64,000 bases of DNA from Minisyncoccia bacterium. GTDB lineage: Bacteria > Patescibacteriota > Minisyncoccia > Phycocordibacterales > UBA9973. The notes beneath the pieces are model-generated. The model saw only the letters and a program-made list of their open reading frames with translations. It was not told where the DNA came from and did no database searches. Position numbers and translations under genes: made by a program. Of the stretch, positions 20,270 to 28,605 are shown piece by piece (the first letter of the stretch is position 1; every line of letters starts with the position of its first letter). Location: NCBI GenBank assembly GCA_041737125.1, contig JBGSSJ010000013.1:6236-70235 (forward strand). Reading direction: 5' to 3'.

Positions 20270-21289
20270 TTACGCTGTATACTTTTCTATAAGTTTATTA
20301 GCTTCTTCAGGATTTGCTTTACATTCAAGTAGAGCTGTGAGCATAAGCGGAGCTACGATTGTGGCATCGGATTCTATGACATACATCGGTGTGTCTTTGG
20401 TAAGTTTGTCCCATGTAATCTTCTCATTTGGGGTAGCACCGGAGTATGAACCATATGAAGTCGTAGAGTCAGATATCTGGCAGAAGTAAGCCCAAGGCTT
20501 TGCCTCTTGCTCCATATCGTACTTGAGTGACGGTACTACGCATATTGGGAAGTCACCAGCAATACCTCCGCCTATTTGGAAGAAACCTATTCCCTCACCT
20601 TTTGATAGTTCTTGATACTGATCATAAAATGCACCCATGTACTCAATACCTGACTTTGCAATAGACGCACTTGCATCACCATGCTTCACATGTGAAGCAA
20701 ATATATTCCCAAAAGTAGAGTCTTCATATCCTGGCACAACTATCGGCAAGTTTTTCTCTGCAGCTGCAAGTAGCCAGCATTCATCAGCATTACCTTCATG
20801 CTTCTCTTTATCGAGCGCCTGTATCAAATCATAGAAGTATTCATGCCAGAATTTGCGTATACCTTCCTTCGTAGCATTCTCCCACATAGGCACAATGTGC
20901 TTCTCCACTGCGCGGAAAGCTTCGTCCTCGGGGATACTAGTGTCTGTAACTCGGCGCATTCTATTATCAAGTATTGCAGTGTCATCTTCTTTAGTGAAAT
21001 ACCTGTAATCAGGGAAATCTTTGTAGCTATTATGAGCAACTAGACGGAATAGTGATTCCTCAAGGTTCGCACCTGTAACAGACATACCGTGTATAAGTCC
21101 TGCACGAATAGCAGGAGCAAGCACGATACCAAGCTGAGCAGATGACATCGCACCAGCGACAGCCCAGAACATCTTTCCACCTTTCTCTGCATGACGCCAG
21201 TAAGCTATAAGTGCATCACGAGTAGCACGAGCATTAAAGTTCTTGTAATTCTTAAGCACGAATTCTAGTGTAGGGAGATTACTTTGCAT
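20270..21289 (-). CDS. deoxyhypusine synthase-like protein (DHS / homospermidine synthase family)
   Basis: 339 aa. GAMSSAQLGIVLAPAIRAGLIHGMSVTGANLEESL parallels the DHS block GFTSNLISSGIRE..VTTAGGVEEDL. C-terminus GATPNEKITWDKL...VAPLMLTALLE parallels GARPDEAVSWGKI...VFPLLVAETFA. Confidence 0.65.
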   Translation of the reverse strand: MQSNLPTLEFVLKNYKNFNARATRDALIAYWRHAEKGGKMFWAVAGAMSSAQLGIVLAPAIRAGLIHGMSVTGANLEESLFRLVAHNSYKDFPDYRYFTKEDDTAILDNRMRRVTDTSIPEDEAFRAVEKHIVPMWENATKEGIRKFWHEYFYDLIQALDKEKHEGNADECWLLAAAEKNLPIVVPGYEDSTFGNIFASHVKHGDASASIAKSGIEYMGAFYDQYQELSKGEGIGFFQIGGGIAGDFPICVVPSLKYDMEQEAKPWAYFCQISDSTTSYGSYSGATPNEKITWDKLTKDTPMYVIESDATIVAPLMLTALLECKANPEEANKLIEKYTA

Positions 21290-21426
21290 ATATAGAAAGC
21301 GAAGTAAATTATTTTATGAAAAAATGTCTGGCCGAGCTCATTCAATTAATAAATTATGTTGAGCGAGGAGAACAGAGGACTTTTTTCAGAATATAATTTA
21401 CGTAGTTTAATTAAAATTAATAATAA

Positions 21427-22806
21427 TTACCATCCGAAATTTTTACCAACATCATCTGGTGACTCTCTTTTGCGAGCGACCACGATATGACCATTCTCTA
21501 TTATAAGCTTTAATGGCGAAGAAAGCATGCAGTGGTGCGCAGCTAGTGGATCCTGATATGCACCAGTGTCGTGAACTACGACATACATAGCCTCACCACT
21601 AGAACTATCAAAGTCCGGAAGTGTGACTGTACCATGAACTCCTGTGTATATGTCATCAGAGTCACAGCTTGATCCTGCAAGCCATACTTCATTCAGATTA
21701 TTGTCACCCTTATTATTCGCTGGTGATATAGCCCACTTCTGACCAATAGCCCAAGTATCGAGCAAGTCATTCATAAAGCTTCCATCTATGACGTACCACT
21801 TCTTCGCAGGACTCTTCTTATTCGTAATAGCTTTCGTATCAATAATCTTAAACACAGTTATCTGTGCAGGAGCCACGATATAGCGACCCCATTCACAAAT
21901 CAGGTTCGGGTGTGGAAGTCCGCGCTTCTCTGATTCAGACTTCACAAGCTTGAACATCCTCTCCATCAGCTTTTCTATTGGATAACTTTTATTACGAGTG
22001 TACGGTATCGGCATACCACCTCCTATATCTATAGTATCGAGCATTGGATTCTTCTCTTTGAGTTGGAAGTACACATCTAGTGCATATTTGACTGGACCTA
22101 GTACGTCGGAGAGCTTCTCAATCTGTGAACCTATATGATAGTGTAGAATTTTCAAATTCTTAAATGATCCCATCTCAAGTATTTCTTTTGCAGAAAATCC
22201 GAAGCGATCTATCGGCTTATTCCAGTAGGAATTTGCTTTGATCGGCATGTCTAGGCGGATACCTACATCGTACTTCGAATACTGTAAGAATTTCAATTCA
22301 TTCGGTCCTTCAATAAGCGGGAAAATTTTCACCCCTTTATGCTGCATGTCATCGATAAGTGATATATATTTGTCCGTCTTCGGGCCAGAGCAAAGTATGC
22401 GGATATTCGGATTAAATGTCTCTTGCTCGAGCATCTTCTTGATAAGCCAGAGGTCGTTGTATGATGAAGTCTCAAGGTGAGCGCCTTCACCGACGAGTGC
22501 CATAACTACCTCTTTGTTCTGATTTACTTTCATCGGATAGTGGTAGAAGAATTTGCCTAAGTAGCCTGTCTTCTTCGACAAGTCTTTCACTAAGTCTAGG
22601 AAGTCCTCAAGCCTCTCTTCAATAACAAAAGGCATCAATATCTCAAGTGATGTTCCGAACTTCTCCGCCATATAGCGGACGTTATATATGTTGTGACCTT
22701 CTTTAACAATTAAATCTCCGTCTTTGTTGTAATCGAAATATTGAGTGTTAAATTCTTTCACACCAATCTTCCAAAGCTTCTTTGAAGCTATAGAGCGTTT
22801 AGTCAT
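21427..22806 (-). CDS. speA: PLP-dependent arginine decarboxylase, short SpeA-like (Orn/Lys/Arg decarboxylase family, alanine racemase fold)
   Basis: FFYHYPMKVNQN (PLP lysine; compare YPIKVNQ), ILHYHIGSQ (compare HFHLGSQ), DIGGGMPIPY, GSSCDSDD. Its N-terminal region follows SpeA. Confidence 0.7.
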   Translation of the reverse strand: MTKRSIASKKLWKIGVKEFNTQYFDYNKDGDLIVKEGHNIYNVRYMAEKFGTSLEILMPFVIEERLEDFLDLVKDLSKKTGYLGKFFYHYPMKVNQNKEVVMALVGEGAHLETSSYNDLWLIKKMLEQETFNPNIRILCSGPKTDKYISLIDDMQHKGVKIFPLIEGPNELKFLQYSKYDVGIRLDMPIKANSYWNKPIDRFGFSAKEILEMGSFKNLKILHYHIGSQIEKLSDVLGPVKYALDVYFQLKEKNPMLDTIDIGGGMPIPYTRNKSYPIEKLMERMFKLVKSESEKRGLPHPNLICEWGRYIVAPAQITVFKIIDTKAITNKKSPAKKWYVIDGSFMNDLLDTWAIGQKWAISPANNKGDNNLNEVWLAGSSCDSDDIYTGVHGTVTLPDFDSSSGEAMYVVVHDTGAYQDPLAAHHCMLSSPLKLIIENGHIVVARKRESPDDVGKNFGW

Positions 22807-22898
22807 TTCTTTTTACCAAGCAGTCTGCCTGCAATAAAATAATAATATGAATATCATAGCAGATTTGTGGTAGATGTAAATAGAGACAATTTATAATT

Positions 22899-22932
22899 AA
22901 AGGGCTTACCTGCATAATACAGATAAGCCCTT
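22899..22932 (-). terminator. hairpin downstream of the GNAT gene
   Basis: aagggcttacctg...cagataagccctt. Confidence 0.55.
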
Positions 22933-22940
22933 ATACAACC

Positions 22941-23513
22941 TTACGTCATCACCCAAATACTTTTTTTAAGTAAAGGACAAGTAGAACATCTACTGCCAAA
23001 AAATTCTTTGTTTTTCTGAGCATTTTCACACTCACAAAAGCGTATTTTTTCTTTGACTGTTTTGTATTCTGGCAACTTATCAATGTCCTGCCAACCCAAT
23101 TTTTCAAAGAATGAAATTATTGTGTCTTCCTTGGTTACGCTCGTACCAACAAAGCCATTGTCATCAACATATCCCATTCTTATTTTAAGAAACTCCATTC
23201 CAATCCCACTTTTTCTAAAATCAAGATCTACGCAGTTTGAACACAATTCAACTACAGACTTTTTTTTGAAAATAATGGGGGAATGTGTCCTTTCATCTTT
23301 GGACGCAATTATACCAGCAGCCCCTACTATTTTTTCTCCATAGAAGGCAAAAACTGCAAATAATAAATTGTTTCTAAAAAAGGCGGGTGTCCTAGTTAGA
23401 GTGAAGTCACTCTTGCGAGTTTCTTCTGACCACCATTCCAACCATTTTTCAATTTTATTGGTTTTAAAATTGGTAATGGTAACATAACTGACCGGATTGT
23501 TTTTTCTTTTCAT
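22941..23513 (-). CDS. GNAT-like acetyltransferase with C-terminal Cys cluster (putative)
   Basis: 190 aa. Acetyl-CoA-binding-like stretch ...DFRKSGIGMEFL... and a C-terminal CECEN...CSTCP. Confidence 0.35.
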   Translation of the reverse strand: MKRKNNPVSYVTITNFKTNKIEKWLEWWSEETRKSDFTLTRTPAFFRNNLLFAVFAFYGEKIVGAAGIIASKDERTHSPIIFKKKSVVELCSNCVDLDFRKSGIGMEFLKIRMGYVDDNGFVGTSVTKEDTIISFFEKLGWQDIDKLPEYKTVKEKIRFCECENAQKNKEFFGSRCSTCPLLKKSIWVMT

Positions 23514-23590
23514 ATACAGAAGTTAGTAAGTTTTACAAAAAAAATTTTAAACAAAGAATAACACATCTGGAAAATAATGCAATAGCTCAA

Positions 23591-23622
23591 GCAAAAAGCA
23601 CCCACATATGGGTACTTTTTGC
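23591..23622 (-). terminator. terminator downstream of dnaJ
   Basis: gcaaaaagcaccca-cata-tgggtactttttgc. Confidence 0.7.
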
Positions 23623-23627
23623 TTTGT

Positions 23628-24716
23628 TTAAATCCCCTCTTCTTTTAACTTTTCTATGATTTCTTTTGATTTGCGAGAGAGCTTCTTTGGCATATCTATC
23701 TTGATTCGGATTATTATGTCGCCTCGGCCACGGCTAGATGGCACACCTTTACCCTTCACTCGTAATAGCTCACCATGGTTTATCCCTTCTGGGATTGTCA
23801 CTTCTACTGTATTCCCTTCCAAAGTCTTCAAATCATATTCCATACCAAGCAGTGCATCGGAGAGTTTGATAGGTAGATCCATATGCAAGTTCAGTCCATC
23901 GCGCTTAAATGTTGAGTGGGAGCGGATATTCACCTTGATATACAAGTCCCCAGCAGTGCCTCCTTGGATAGCTTCGCCCATGCCTGTCATGCGCACCATC
24001 TCGCCAGGATTGATGCCAGCAGGAACTTTGAGTTCGATCTCCTCTTGCTTGTTACGGACTCCTTTGCCACTACACTCACTACACTTCTCGCTCGGAGTCT
24101 TGCCTTGGCCATGACACACGTCGCAAGTCTTCCTCGTCTCGAATGTTCCTAGTATAGAGCGCTTCATCTCGCGGACTTGGCCATTACCGTTACAAGTTTT
24201 ACAAGTATCCATCTTCGTCCCTGGCTTACCACCAGAGCCTTTACAGATGTCACAGACGGATTGCTTTGACAACAGAATCTTGCGAGTAACACCGAAGATA
24301 GATTCTTCGAAAGATAAATCTATCTCTGTAGAAATATCGCGCCCTCTCTTCGCTCGGCCACCTCCACGACCTCCTCCACCGAAAAAGTCTCCGAAGATAT
24401 CTCCCAAGTCTCCCATGTCGAATTCTACTCCATTACCATTCTGGAATCCTGAAAAGTCGAAACCACCGAATCCACCTTGGCCTCCTCCTCCCGGATTGAA
24501 GCCTTGAGGACCATCTGCACCAAAGCGATCATACTGAGCGCGCTTACTATCATCGGAGAGTGTCTGGTAAGCTTGGTTTACTTCCTTGAACTTCGAATCA
24601 TCTCCCTTATTCTTGTCTGGGTGATGCTTATGAGCAAGCTTATGGAAAGCCTTTTTAATCTCGTCCTTCGACGCACTTTTATTTACCCCCAATATTTCGT
24701 AATAATCCTTAGACAT
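23628..24716 (-). CDS. dnaJ: chaperone DnaJ
   Basis: J domain (DYYEILGV...HPDKN), G/F-rich linker, four CxxCxGxG zinc-finger repeats, C-terminal domain. Confidence 0.95.
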   Translation of the reverse strand: MSKDYYEILGVNKSASKDEIKKAFHKLAHKHHPDKNKGDDSKFKEVNQAYQTLSDDSKRAQYDRFGADGPQGFNPGGGGQGGFGGFDFSGFQNGNGVEFDMGDLGDIFGDFFGGGGRGGGRAKRGRDISTEIDLSFEESIFGVTRKILLSKQSVCDICKGSGGKPGTKMDTCKTCNGNGQVREMKRSILGTFETRKTCDVCHGQGKTPSEKCSECSGKGVRNKQEEIELKVPAGINPGEMVRMTGMGEAIQGGTAGDLYIKVNIRSHSTFKRDGLNLHMDLPIKLSDALLGMEYDLKTLEGNTVEVTIPEGINHGELLRVKGKGVPSSRGRGDIIIRIKIDMPKKLSRKSKEIIEKLKEEGI

Positions 24717-24720
24717 GAAT

Positions 24721-25146
24721 TTATTCTAATTCATTGCGTAATTCTTCTTCCGCTTCATTAATTTCAGTAAAAATTTTACTAGGATCATTATTTTTTGAAG
24801 CTTCTGAAATTTTTTCAATAATATTGTTTATTTTTGATAATTTTAAATTTAATTCCGTTTCTTTTTTTGACAACTCTAAAAATTCTTCATCAGACACATT
24901 TTCATTATCTAATGCATTATTAAATTTTTCCAAAATTTCATAATATTTTTTATTAACAATATCTTGTAATTCCCAAAATTTTTGAAATCTATTGTCCAAT
25001 TGTTTATCTCTAATTAATGCCTCATTTAGTTTTTTATAAAGCTCGTTATATTTTTTAGACCATTCATTAAATTCGCCTTGATGATTTTTATTTAGATTTC
25101 CACCACCATTTTCAATATCTGGAGCCCTATATATTTCATTTTTCAT
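24721..25146 (-). CDS. hypothetical K/E/N-rich coiled-coil protein inserted between dnaK and dnaJ
   Basis: 141 aa with no recognisable motif. Same strand as dnaK and dnaJ, separated from each by only a few bp. Confidence 0.4.
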   Translation of the reverse strand: MKNEIYRAPDIENGGGNLNKNHQGEFNEWSKKYNELYKKLNEALIRDKQLDNRFQKFWELQDIVNKKYYEILEKFNNALDNENVSDEEFLELSKKETELNLKLSKINNIIEKISEASKNNDPSKIFTEINEAEEELRNELE

Positions 25147-25196
25147 ATATTTTAAGCCACGAGGGCATTATTTTATAATGAGTTAATTATACTATA

Positions 25197-27086
25197 TTAT
25201 TTCCCTTCCGGCTCCTCTTTTACTTCTGCGTCTTTGATTTCTTCTGATTGAGGTTCGGCTGTAGTGCCACCTTCTGGAGCTGCGCCTGCTTTCGCCATAG
25301 CTTCACCAATCTTTGAGACTTCAGCCGTAAGTTCTTCTAGAGACTTCTTGATAGCTTCTATATCTGTGCCTTCTTTTGCAGTTTTTACATTTGCAATCTT
25401 CTCTTCGACTGAAGTCTTCAGAGTTGCATCCACTTTATCACCATATTCTTTCAAAGATTTCTCAGCAGAGAATATCATCATTTCTGCTGTATTCTTCTCA
25501 TCTACAAGTTCCTTCTTCTTCATATCTTCCTCGGCATGAGTTTCTGCTTCATCTTGCATGCGCTTGATATCGGCATCTGTAAGACCTGAGGATGCTTCGA
25601 TACGAATAGAAGATTCCTTGCCACTTGCTTTGTCTTTCGCTTTCACATTTAGTATACCGTTCGCATCTACATCGAAAGTCACTTCGATCTGTGGCATACC
25701 GCGTGGTGCTGGTGGTATATCACCTAGAATAAATCTTCCGAGAGATTTGTTATCACTTGCCATTGGGCGCTCGCCTTGAGTGATATGTATCTCTACAGAA
25801 GTCTGATTATCAGCTGCAGTAGAGAAGACTTGGCTCTTTGAGCTTGGAATAGTTGTATTACGCTCTACAAGCTTCGTAGCGACTCCTCCTAGAGTCTCTA
25901 TGCCGAGAGATAGTGGTATCACATCAAGGAGCAATACGTCCTTCACATCGCCTTGTAGCACTCCAGCTTGGACTGCAGCACCGAGGGCCACTACTTCATC
26001 TGGGTTGATAGAGCGATTTGGTTCCTTACCGAATAATGCCTTCACTGCTTCTACTATTGCTGGCATCCGTGTCTGACCTCCGACCATTATAATCTCGTTG
26101 ATTTCGGACATCTTGAATGGTGATGCTTCCATAGCACGCTTTGTAATCTCGATAGAGCGATCGATATACTCTTTAGAAAGTTCTATAAGCTTCGCTTGAT
26201 TCATCTTCAGTAGTAAGTGCTGAGGACCTGCATCTGTAGAAGTTATGAATGGGATATTTATTTCTGTTTCTGGAGTTGTAGAAAGTTCTATCTTTGCTTT
26301 CTCTGCGGCTTCATCGAGGCGCTGTAATGCAAGTGGATCTTTCGTAATATCTACACCTGAAGTTTTCTTAAATTCTTCTGCGATCCAACTTATAATCTTC
26401 TGATCTATATCACGGCCTCCCATGTGTGAGTCGCCATCTGTAGACTTCACTTCTATCACATCGTTTGAGACTTCAAGTACTGACACGTCGAATGTTCCTC
26501 CTCCGAAGTCGTAGACCACAATCTTCTCATCTTTCTTTGTATTGAATCCATATGCAAGAGCTGCAGCTGTCGGCTCGTTGATAATACGCTTCACATCAAG
26601 CCCTGCGATAGCACCTGCGTCCTTTGTAGCTTTTCTTTGTGCATCGTTGAAGTAAGCAGGGACTGTAATAATAGCCTCTGTTATCTTCTCGCCTAGCTTC
26701 GCTTCTACGTCTGCTTTAATTTTCGCAAGTATCATCGCAGATATTTCTTCTGGGCGATTCCACTTGTCACCAATGTTTACTTCTACTCCTCCATCTTTAC
26801 CTTTCTGAATTTTAAATGGAGCAGTCTTCTGTGACTTCTGGATTTCAGGATCTTCAAACATGTGGCCCATATACCTCTTGATACCGTATATTGTATTCTG
26901 TGGATTCGTCACTGCTTGGCGCTTCGCAAGAAGACCGACAAGCCTGTCACCAGTCTTACCGATCGCTACGATTGACGGTGTAGTTCTTGCTCCTTCAACG
27001 TTCTCGATAATCTTCGGCTGACCGCCTTCAATAATCGCTACTGCACTATTTGTTGTACCCAAATCTATTCCTATTATTTTTGACAT
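25197..27086 (-). CDS. dnaK: chaperone DnaK (Hsp70)
   Basis: [21 protein letters not shown], and a full-length Hsp70 substrate-binding domain and lid. Confidence 0.97.
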   Translation of the reverse strand: MSKIIGIDLGTTNSAVAIIEGGQPKIIENVEGARTTPSIVAIGKTGDRLVGLLAKRQAVTNPQNTIYGIKRYMGHMFEDPEIQKSQKTAPFKIQKGKDGGVEVNIGDKWNRPEEISAMILAKIKADVEAKLGEKITEAIITVPAYFNDAQRKATKDAGAIAGLDVKRIINEPTAAALAYGFNTKKDEKIVVYDFGGGTFDVSVLEVSNDVIEVKSTDGDSHMGGRDIDQKIISWIAEEFKKTSGVDITKDPLALQRLDEAAEKAKIELSTTPETEINIPFITSTDAGPQHLLLKMNQAKLIELSKEYIDRSIEITKRAMEASPFKMSEINEIIMVGGQTRMPAIVEAVKALFGKEPNRSINPDEVVALGAAVQAGVLQGDVKDVLLLDVIPLSLGIETLGGVATKLVERNTTIPSSKSQVFSTAADNQTSVEIHITQGERPMASDNKSLGRFILGDIPPAPRGMPQIEVTFDVDANGILNVKAKDKASGKESSIRIEASSGLTDADIKRMQDEAETHAEEDMKKKELVDEKNTAEMMIFSAEKSLKEYGDKVDATLKTSVEEKIANVKTAKEGTDIEAIKKSLEELTAEVSKIGEAMAKAGAAPEGGTTAEPQSEEIKDAEVKEEPEGK

Positions 27087-27214
27087 ATATATTTTTATAA
27101 TTAATTATTAATAATTTTAATTTTGTAATTTGATTATATACTTATCATTTATTTTTGACAAGTATTTAGCGACCACTGAAACTATGTTGATATTATATTT
27201 ATATGTGATAAAAT

Positions 27215-27288
27215 GTCAACAGAGTAGTAGAATTTGGCCATGCTCATAGAGCGTTGAAAACTTGGCCAAAACTCACTACTCTGTCAAA
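27215..27288. promoter_or_regulatory. long imperfect inverted repeat (candidate operator or RNA stem) in the dnaK / regulator divergent region
   Basis: Left arm gtcaACAGAGTAGTaGaaTTTGGCCA, 21-nt spacer, right arm TTGGCCAAAaCtCACTACTCTGTcaaa. Confidence 0.5.
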
Positions 27289-27291
27289 TAT

Positions 27292-27849
27292 ATGAAAGAT
27301 GAGTCCAAAAAACCAAAGAAATCAATACAAAAGGCTATTCTGAAGAATATCGCCCGTAAGAAGACAGCTTCCCTAGAAACAGTGAAGAAAGACCTAGAAG
27401 AGGCTATTCTATGCGAATACGAGCCACAGAAAGGCTCTTATGCTATCGCCCGCTCTATAAGGAACCTACTGTCTGACGGATTAATAGAAGCATTTAATTC
27501 AGAACACAAGCAATACTTCAGGCTGACAAGTGAAGGCAAACAAAAGCTCAACAATATCGCACTCGAATCCGAAGGTGGACTAGTCTCTACTCACTGGGAT
27601 GGGTATTGGCGGATCATACTTCTCGACTTACCAGAAGATCGTAAGAGTGAGCGCGAAGCACTGCGCTACCTACTGAAGAAAGCTTCTTTTGTATGCATCA
27701 AGAATTCAGTCTGGATATCTATGTACCCATACGAGCATCTATTCACAAATATAAAAAAGGATCTCGGTCTGACAACAGAGATGATGATAATAGTTACAGA
27801 TAAGATAGATGAAGAGACAGAGAATTCTTTCTTTAAATTAATTAAATAA
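27292..27849 (+). CDS. putative winged-helix transcriptional regulator, divergent from dnaK
   Basis: The track ORF starts at a TTG at 27262; an ATG at 27292 is more plausible. YFRLTSEGKQKL resembles the PadR-type recognition-wing motif. Confidence 0.35.
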   Translation: MKDESKKPKKSIQKAILKNIARKKTASLETVKKDLEEAILCEYEPQKGSYAIARSIRNLLSDGLIEAFNSEHKQYFRLTSEGKQKLNNIALESEGGLVSTHWDGYWRIILLDLPEDRKSEREALRYLLKKASFVCIKNSVWISMYPYEHLFTNIKKDLGLTTEMMIIVTDKIDEETENSFFKLIK

Positions 27850-27853
27850 AATA

Positions 27854-27895
27854 AATGGCTGCTAATTCCCGCATATGCGGGAATTAGCAGCCATT
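27854..27895. terminator. perfect 42-bp palindrome, bidirectional terminator between the regulator gene and grpE
   Basis: aatggctgctaattcccgcatatgcgggaattagcagccatt. Confidence 0.85.
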
Positions 27896-27931
27896 CTCTA
27901 ATGATTTATAATTCTAATAAATCAAAATAAA

Positions 27932-28543
27932 CTATTCCTTAAATTCGTAAATATTTACACGAGCGGGGCGGATAACACGGTCACCTATCTTGTACCCTGC
28001 TTGAGTGACTTTCTCTATCATGTGGTCTTTACTTTGATCGTCTGTCGGTACACTTTCTATGGATTCATGTAAAGTTGGATCAAATTTAATATTTACTTTA
28101 TCTATAATTTCTACTCCAGTGCTCGCAAGTCCACCAATAATTTGCTGGTATATATATTCTACCCCAGTGCGCCAGTTCTGATCTACTTTCTCCCATGCTT
28201 CTTTATTACTCATCGCCATATCAAAGCTATCGATAGCAGGAAGTAAGCTCTCTACAATTTTCTCTTTTGTAAGTAGTGAAGTATTCGCGCGAACTTGATC
28301 CATTTCTTTCTGGAGGTTCACATAGTCAGCTTTCGCCCTCTGCCAACCTGTTAAGTATTCTTCCTTATCAGCACGAGCCTGCTTCAAATCTGCACGCAAC
28401 TTCCCTACTACATCTTTGGCGGGTAATTCCTCTCCGTCTTCAGTACTAGGTAGGAATTCCACATCTTTAAAATCCGACTCAATAGAATCTTTTAGAACAT
28501 CATCTTGTGGTATATCTTTTATTTCTTTTTCATCATTATTCAT
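27932..28543 (-). CDS. grpE: nucleotide exchange factor GrpE
   Basis: 203 aa. Acidic N-terminus, coiled coil, GrpE C-terminal block ...IGDRVIRPARV... Confidence 0.9.
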   Translation of the reverse strand: MNNDEKEIKDIPQDDVLKDSIESDFKDVEFLPSTEDGEELPAKDVVGKLRADLKQARADKEEYLTGWQRAKADYVNLQKEMDQVRANTSLLTKEKIVESLLPAIDSFDMAMSNKEAWEKVDQNWRTGVEYIYQQIIGGLASTGVEIIDKVNIKFDPTLHESIESVPTDDQSKDHMIEKVTQAGYKIGDRVIRPARVNIYEFKE

Positions 28544-28605
28544 AGTATTTGGATTATAGCAATAAATTTACTTTTTTCAAGTTTTATAAAAAAAATATTT
28601 ATATA

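Noticed and set aside
24247-24761. Plus-strand Pro-rich ORFs opposite dnaJ
   Set aside because: They are antisense to the Gly/Phe-rich linker of DnaJ, and PPPRPPPP comes from GGN codons. Not coding.
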